Below are positions 56,683 through 64,000 of a stretch of 64,000 nt of DNA, piece by piece (the stretch's first letter is position 1; each line of letters begins with the position of its first letter). This DNA comes from the human T2T-CHM13v2.0 reference genome, Homo sapiens: the NCBI RefSeq assembly GCF_009914755.1, contig NC_060944.1. One strand, 5' to 3'. The notes below the pieces were generated by a model that saw only the letters and a list, made by a program, of their open reading frames with translations, searched no databases and had not been told where the DNA came from. A program made the position numbers and the translations under genes.

Positions 56683-58544
56683 AATCATGCTTCTTTAATG
56701 AAAGAATTATATTTATTTTCCCCTTAAAATTGAAAAATTTAAGAAAGCAGGGCTTCAGTACATAGGAGACACCCAGTAAATATTAATTGTATGAATAAAC
56801 GTAGACAGGAATGAATGATTGCTCATTGGTTCTTCCTTTGGCACTTGATGAAGCAGACTCAGAGAAGCTGTATATATAAATTGCTTTTAATATAAATATT
56901 CTTTTGGTAGGAAAAGGAGAAAGAATGAGAAAATTCAATTCTGAATGATTAGGAGAAAGACAGAAATGGGTGGATCTGAAGAAAGAACCACTTTCATGTG
57001 GGAAACCAATTCATATGATTTCTCATCAGTGGCATGGAGGAATAATTGTTAGACACTTACACATCCCTGAAATGTGTCGTCAGTAATTAGGACAGGCCCT
57101 AGATTCTAGAGGAGGGAGACAGAAATTTGGCCAAGAAATGAAGGGGTTGAAAAGTTTTCTGAGACTGAGGGAAAAGAAGAAAGGAGAAACATAAATTCAG
57201 GTATATACTGCAAATATGTAAGAGCAAAGAAGACTTCAGGTGAACTCTAGATTTTTATTTTCATGTGCTCCTCTCCTTCAAATTCAGAAGAAAAGGACAA
57301 AGCTAAAACTATATGAAATCCTTCGTCTAAAATGACGAATCTGAAAATTCCAGAAGGTAGGAGCTTAGTTTCAGTGAGATGAAGAAAAAGCTTCTCATTC
57401 ATGAAATACATTTTAATAAGTTGAAATTTGAACACCAGGTGTATGAAAAGAACTAGAATTTAACCATATGTGTTCAGAAATATTTAGCCCACATATTTTC
57501 CAGAATAATCCCCAAACATGTTTAAGGATATAATTGGTAAGTAAGAAATTTGAAATCCCTATCAGAGTTTGCCAGAGTTGTCTAAGATGCATTGAGTACT
57601 TTCAGTAAACCAGATGCTGCATTTTCAATCCTTACAGCACTGAGAAGATACTGTTCTAGTTGAAGTTGCATGACTCAAGTGGGTCAAAGCTTGCCCAAGT
57701 TCCCTGAGTTAAGAAGTAGAATTTCAAACACAGGTTGAACTAACCTTAGAGTAGGGTTTTCATAACAACATTCGCTTCCCAGTAGGAGTTTTAATTTTAA
57801 CATGATGTTCCTTTTGGATTTAATGTTATTAAGGGACATAGTGGATGAGGCTGACTATAATTTGCTGGCTTTCATATAAGCATCAAACAATTGCATTTCC
57901 TTCTCCCTATCATTTTTAGTCCTTTATGTGCAGCCTTGCAGCATTGATCTCCAGGAAAGCTTGTGTTTTCTGGTGCACTTCCCAGAAACAAAATATGATA
58001 TGTGTTCCCTTTTGAAAACAATTGATAAGTTTCATGTTGACAGAAACATTTCATTTTCCAAGTCATTTATCTATTTGTCATAAGAGGAATTATAATAGTA
58101 TATTGGCTTCCATAATCCAAATCCATTCCCTTTAGTGTATTTTTTTAATTAATACTTCTCTACTTAAATTCTGATCTAAAAAAGTGGCCATTAATTAACT
58201 CAGGGAGCAATTCAGCTATTTTTTTTTCTAGGAAATGGGAAATCTGGTAAATGGTTTGTACTTCTACTTTGTCAAAAACATGTATTTTTCCAAACTGTAT
58301 GAGAACTTTAATAACACTCCATAAATTTCATGCTTTTAGTCACACTTGGAATGGAGGCTTTGGGAACTCTATAACCTTCTTAATGACATGTTGGCTTGGC
58401 CTCAGCACTGTAGCTTCAACTTGGTTCTTAATGGACATTAACCCATAGTGCATAGCCTTCAGGTAACACAGTTGGTGATTTGTATTTTTTTTCTGGAAAG
58501 GTCCAAGACAGATCCAATATTATTTCCTTTTAAGAATTTATCCC

Positions 58545-58752
58545 TTTTTGAGACAGAGTCTCACTCTGTCACCCAAGCTTGAGTGCAGTGGTGCAATCTT
58601 GGCTCACTGCAACCTCCCCCACTCCCCAGGTTCAAGGGATCCTCCCACCTCAGCCTCCTGAGTAGTTGGGACCACAGGTATGCACCACCATCCCTGGCTA
58701 ATTAGTTTTGTATTTTTAGTAGAGTCGGGGTCTCACCATGTTGCCCAGGCTG
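58545..58752 (-). mobile_element. 5'-truncated AluJb-like
   Basis: Right arm plus linker plus part of the left arm, ending at atgttgcccaggctg. Confidence 0.9.
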
Positions 58753-61579
58753 AATTAAAAATATTTCTCATGAACTACATGAAACCTCGTAAGTGTGAAG
58801 GCTTCTTGAGGACAAAGGTTGTATCGTGCAAACCTTTACATATCCTAAGGCACTAATTCTTTGCCCATTCTTGTAACCAATAAACATTTATTCAGCTCCT
58901 ACTATATGCCGGGTGTTATATTAACGGCTGGGTCAGGGCACATACTTATGAAAATAGTGTATTTATATATACTATCTTTCAAATAATAACCAGTACATTT
59001 TTACAATTAAAATATAAAATAAAATTATTTTGGCTTGTATGTGTGTCTTTCCTAGAAAAGATTTGCTAACAGTAAAATAAACTTTATAGAACTATCATTC
59101 ACTCTTAGTTGCATCTTGGCAAATAGTCAAGGGCCCTTCCAAAACTTTGCCTGTATACACTTTGGATTTTAATTAGACACAATAAGACCCCCCTCCTTAA
59201 TCTGGCTCTGCTTCTTGACAAGTCATCATGAAGGTGTGATAATATCACACAGGAAATTATCAAACTGCTAAACCAAGTACAGAGGAGACAAATAAAATGT
59301 TGATGCAACAGCTGCAGAGACTGTCCTGAAGGTTCTGTAATCAATGGTGTCTTGAGAGTCGTATCTGAGGTAGAGTCTTTCCAAATGCACACAGTGGGTG
59401 GGGCAGTGGTATCTGAAGTGGAGAAGGAGGGCAGAGAACATGGTATCTACACATGGCAGATTCAAGTTCATGCAAGCACCCTGAAGACAGAGAATTTGTC
59501 TTGAATAATTTTAAATTTAGCAAGATGGAACTTTAACCTCATAAAGAATGGAACTCGGTGAGTTTTGGAACAAAATGACTGTTTTTGGACTCAAATCATA
59601 GAAAGCATTCTCCTGCAAATGTAATATATCCATTTGTCTTTAGCAGGAAATAAATGAATTTATTTCAAGATGGTGTCCCAGAGACGGCCTGAGGCACAAT
59701 CATATTTAAACTGTATGAATACTGAGTGACATGATTGCATCCAGTGTGGTCTGGATTATTTGAGCAAACCATGGGGACATACTTACCTGTTTATTTCCCT
59801 ACATCTGTTTATTTCCCTACGTGTTCTTGACGTTAGTGTCGAAGGATTACCCTGAGACCTGTCTCAGTGTCCTCTTGAGAATGGATATACACATTGACAT
59901 AAATTATTAACTTCTCCCTAGATAGGTCCATTAATTTTCTGTGAATTGTTATGGCTTTATTAGTTTCCCATCAGTTATTCTTGGTCTCTTTCCATTAAAG
60001 AGAAATCCACTCTTACTTAAATTTGTGTCTTGCACTAAAGTTAAATTCAGCCAACTTCGTTCTGAATCTATTTAATCCTAAAATTATTTATTTAAGTAAA
60101 CTTTCATGTATCCTCAGGAGCCTCTTTTCCTGAAAAGACCAAAGAGAAACTTTCCTTAATTAGGCATAAAATAACAGTTCTAAGACTTGTTTTATAAATG
60201 ACGATCTGTTCTATAAGGTTACTGGGTCACGAGAGCTAAAATCTTTGGTGGTTTTTGAAAACTGATACTTGAGGGTCTGAAAAGCTGCTCGGTTTCAGTC
60301 TCACATTGACAACGATTAAGATGTTGAGATTCCAGAAGTGAAGACCTTACACAAGGAGATGACAGCTGTCAGTGTATAATCAGAAAAGCAGCCATGAAGT
60401 GATAATTCCTCTGTTTTTCTTCTGTGATGTCCTAGTAGAGGTGATTTTAAGTAAAATAGATTACATGTCATGGCTATTAGCAAAGGCAATAGACTTCACC
60501 ACCTTTGCCCTGAGCTATGTTATATCTGCAAGATCTTCAACAATAGTTCAACTTACACCAGGAATATATTAGCTCGTTTTCGTCTATATTCATACGTTCT
60601 ACTCCATGTGGCTTTCTGACTTTTAAAGTTGGGAGGGAGTTTAAAAATAATTTTATATAACCCCTTCACTTTAAAGATAAAGAAAGTGAGACCCAGAGAA
60701 AGTAAGTTATCTTCCAAGGTCAAAGCACTTCTAGCAGTAAAACTTTAAGAGACCATTTGGGAAATTTCATTATGATTTCAATGGAAGTCACTAAAAGTAC
60801 TATTGAGATAGTCAGGACCCTGGAGTCAGTGAGCGATGCTGAATTGCTGGGTCCAGGGCTGATGAAAATGCCACTGAAACTGTAATAGCTTAGCCAATAA
60901 TTACATTATAATATCAGACCCCTTGCAATTTTTGTGTCTTGATCATTGAAATTGTAAGAATGTTAGTAACAGAATATGTTCCTTCCAGGGGTGGGCCTAA
61001 CACCCTATTCATTTTTTTCCCCTTGTACAATAAAAGTGGTGCCACAGGCATATTGACCAAATCATTAGAAAATCAATTACTATTGAGTTAGAGCTGAACA
61101 AAATAGTTTGAAAAGTATTTAATTTATCCCTTGTAATATCTGTTCTTTTAAAGTTCCTGTAATCTGTGATCCCTGGCTGACTCCTCTGTGATCCCTGACA
61201 GAAAACCTCATTTTCAAATCCTTTTTTCCCCCTTTCCCCCTGCTATCCTTCCAAATGAGAAAATCATTAAAGGAAAAGAAAAAAGTATTCAGCACAGTGA
61301 GATAAGAGCAAACCAGCTCAACTATTATGAGAGAAACGCCTGTTTCCCTAACTAATCAAAATTCACAGTAAGTGTGAGGAAAACAAAGCCAAACTGGCAG
61401 AAATAATACAGTTAGACTTAGGAAAGACCTAGAATGCAGGCATATCTCATAAAAAGGTTATTTAGAAATAAATCTGATGGCTGTGAGGTGAGAAGTTAAT
61501 GGTAGCATAGAGCAGAACCTAAAGTCACTTGATTTTCTGCTATTTCTGAAAAGGTCACCTAGGTTTAATCATATATTCT

Positions 61580-61862
61580 ACTTTCTTCCCCTTGCCTTCC
61601 ATTTCTCCCTTCCTTCCCTCTCTGCTTCTATTCCTCTCCCTTTCTTCCCTCTCTTCCTACCTCTCTGCAGTCTGCACTTTTCCCTTCCATTCTCCATCCT
61701 TTCTCCTTTTATTCCTCTCTTCTTTCTTCCTTCTCTTCCTCTTTCACTGTCTCTCTTTCTCCCCTTCTCCATTCCTTTTCCCCCCTTCCCCCTCTTTATT
61801 TCTCCCTCTCCTTTCTCTCTCAATTACATCTTTCTTCTCTTTTTTCTCCCCACTTCCTTCCA
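61580..61862. repeat. ~280-bp CT-rich polypyrimidine tract
   Basis: Almost continuous (CCTT/CT/CTT)-type low-complexity sequence; it generates the spurious ORFs at 61578-62002. Confidence 0.9.
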
Positions 61863-62012
61863 TAAAGGAAGCTCTTTTGTTCCACCCTCTACACCAGGTC
61901 CTGGAGTTACAAAAACACAGCAGCCAGACACCCCACACTCAGACCTTACAGGCAGGGGCAACTGACAAGTTTTCAGTACTAAAATCATGTGTTAAGTACT
62001 AAAACTCAGGGA

Positions 62013-62296
62013 TTTTTTTTTTTTTTTTTTGAGACAGGTCTCACTCTGTCATCCAAGCTGGAGTGAGTGGGGTGATCATAGCTCACCGCAGCCTTGAACT
62101 CCAGCCTCAAACTCCTGAGATCCTCTAGCCTCAGCATCCTGAGTAACTGGGACTACAGGTGCATGCCACCATGTCCAGCTAACTTGTATTTATTTATTTT
62201 TTTTGTAGAGACAGGGTCTCCCTATGTTTCCTAGGTTGGTCTTGAACTCCTGGGCTCAAGCCGTCTTCCTGTCATGGCCTCCCAAAGCACAGGGAT
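62013..62296 (-). mobile_element. AluJ, slightly 5'-truncated
   Basis: gatcatagctcaccgcagccttgaactcc; cttgaactcctgggctcaagc. TSD cagggat(t/g)tttt. Confidence 0.9.
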
Positions 62297-62724
62297 GTTT
62301 TAAACTGTTAGTGGAGGGGAGGTTTCGCTAAACTCCCCCAACCTAGGGTGATCTGAAAGGACTTCTTGGAAGAAATAAGACCTCAGTTGTATCTTAAGGA
62401 AGAGTAAGAGTAAGCCAATGAAGATGGGAGTTGGGATGGAAAAGGGGAAGGGGAGGCTGAAAAGGGAGAGTGGAGGTTCCTGCCATGGTAAACAGTGTGT
62501 GCAAATGGGGCATGGAAGAAGGGAGGGAGGGAGAGAGGGAAAGAAAGTAATACAGAGAGAAAAACACCAAGATTCAAAGACACCAAGATGTTTTGGTCTG
62601 GAACGTGGATTTCAGGTCCTTATGCTGATCTGTCTCCCTTAAATACAATGAGTGCCTTAGAAAGGAAACCATATTATTTATTACTCCCTTAATAGAAAGT
62701 GCTTCTTTACAGTAGTGGATATGT

Positions 62725-62906
62725 TTGACATATTACATACAAGATGCCCGGCCAAATTTGAATTTCAGATAAACATCACATTATTTTTAAGTATGTCTCA
62801 TGTAATATTTCATGTATATTTGCACTGAAAACATGATCTATTATTTATCTGAAATTCCAAGATAATTGGGTGTCCTGTACAGTTATTTGCTAGATCAGCA
62901 ACCCTA
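62725..62906. mobile_element. MER53 palindromic hAT MITE
   Basis: aaatttgaatttcagataaaca ... aagtatgtc ... tttatctgaaatt ... tgggtgtcctgta ... gcaacccta, with the inverted-repeat arms typical of MER53. Confidence 0.8.
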
Positions 62907-62999
62907 ATTACCAAGCACCAGATAGTTAATAAAAGTTTAGTGAATGAATCACTAAGTCAGTCTAAGATGTATATAAGAAAGTGTCAGGAGATTCAGGTA

Positions 63000-63449
63000 G
63001 ACAGCTAGTCAAGTTAAAGTCAAATGTTTAGGAGTCATTGCTGGTTATTAAAACTATAGGCCAGCATCACCCAAGAATGTTGTGTAAAGTGAGAGAGAAT
63101 TAAGGATGAGTCCCTGAGGAACAAAAAGATTCAAAGAGAAAGCAGAGGAAAACTGGTATCCAAGGAAGAAATCCATTCATTAGGAATAGACCTTGGAGAA
63201 AGTGAGGACATGAAGACCAAGAGGAGTGCACTTCAGAAAGGAGGAAGTGGCCAACAGGGTCAAAGAATTTAGGAGTCAGGAGGGTGAAAAACGTCCATTG
63301 ATCTTAGCCACGAAAGTATCACTGGTGGTTTCATCAAGTAGGGGAGGTGTGGATACTAGCCAGATTTGGGTGAGTTAAAAAGTTAAGGATGGGCCAAGTG
63401 GAGGGAGTAGAGACATGGTACCTGCAACCTGTTGCCTCTTTCAAGAACC
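63000..63449 (-). mobile_element. L2 (L2c-like) fragment
   Basis: ttaggagtcatt; atcacccaaga; gagtccctgaggaaca; gaaaggaggaagtggccaacagggtcaaa; gtccattgatcttagc. Confidence 0.6.
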
Positions 63450-63526
63450 TAGGGTTGCCAGATTTAGCAAATAAGAGGGTACCCAGTTAAATTTGAATTT
63501 CAGATAAACAGTGAATAAAAGTATAG
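63450..63526 (+). mobile_element. MER53 half element
   Basis: tagggttgccagatttagcaaataa...cccagttaaatttgaatttcagataaaca matches the MER53 terminal arm. Confidence 0.8.
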
Positions 63527-64000
63527 CTGTTACTGAAGAAGAGAGAGAGGGGCAATGCCCATGGGGGCATCATTTAAAGATGAGAAGATCCAGGATGATC
63601 CTATGTGTGAAGAAGGAGAAGGAAGAGTGAAGAAGGAAGAAAGAGGAAGAAAGGAAGCAGAAGAAAGAGTGAAGTTGAAGGTCTAGAAGAAATTACAGAA
63701 AGAAAAATTTAACTCTAGGGTCACAGTCTCTCCTCTGAAACCGTTGAAGCCTGATGCCAGAATTTTCCCTGGAAAAGTAATATGGTTTATATTTTCTATT
63801 AGCACTCCCCTGGGGGTTCTGTAGAAACCCCATAATCAAATATGTTAATATTTTTAATAGAAAAGTGTGAATATTTTTACTAATTAAGATAAAGGCTGTA
63901 AAATAGCCTCGTTTCAGTTTAGATTTTGCTTTGCTGCCAATGAATTATATTAAAAGACAAACAATTTTGGTTTTCAGAGCTTTTTAAATTTTGTAATTGA

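Noticed and set aside
59779-59789. U1 snRNA pseudogene (ATACTTACCTG)
   Set aside because: The match stops after 11 nt, and the following sequence is not U1.
61578-62692. Overlapping F/L/S/P-rich and G/R/E/K-rich ORFs
   Set aside because: Artefacts of CT/GA low-complexity tracts that lack stop codons.

Overview
AT-rich, CpG-poor primate (human-like) nuclear DNA that looks intergenic or deep intronic. I see no CpG island, no RNA gene and no confidently recognisable host protein-coding exon, and I could not identify the locus. Much of the window is interspersed repeats. These include about 17 Alu/FLAM elements (many with target-site duplications, TSDs), a 5'-truncated 1.85-kb L1PA4-like element whose ORF2 is split by a frameshift (source of the 340-aa and 200-aa ORFs), older L1M, L2 and MIR relics, solo LTRs (MER39 x2, THE1C, THE1B, MLT1, MER21, MER67-like, MamGypLTR-like) and hAT DNA-transposon fossils (MER5A, MER3, MER63, MER53 x2). 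Repeat family names come from my recall of consensus sequences, not from a database search. The most notable non-routine signals are: (1) a minus-strand 25-nt micro-exon candidate that would splice in frame into a downstream exon, just 3' of two same-strand LTRs; (2) a probable ancient L1 3' transduction inside an LTR; (3) a ~150-bp local templated insertion copied from 3.2 kb away; (4) several palindrome/snap-back scars; and (5) candidate CTCF sites and enhancers. I found no evidence of a novel multi-gene system.
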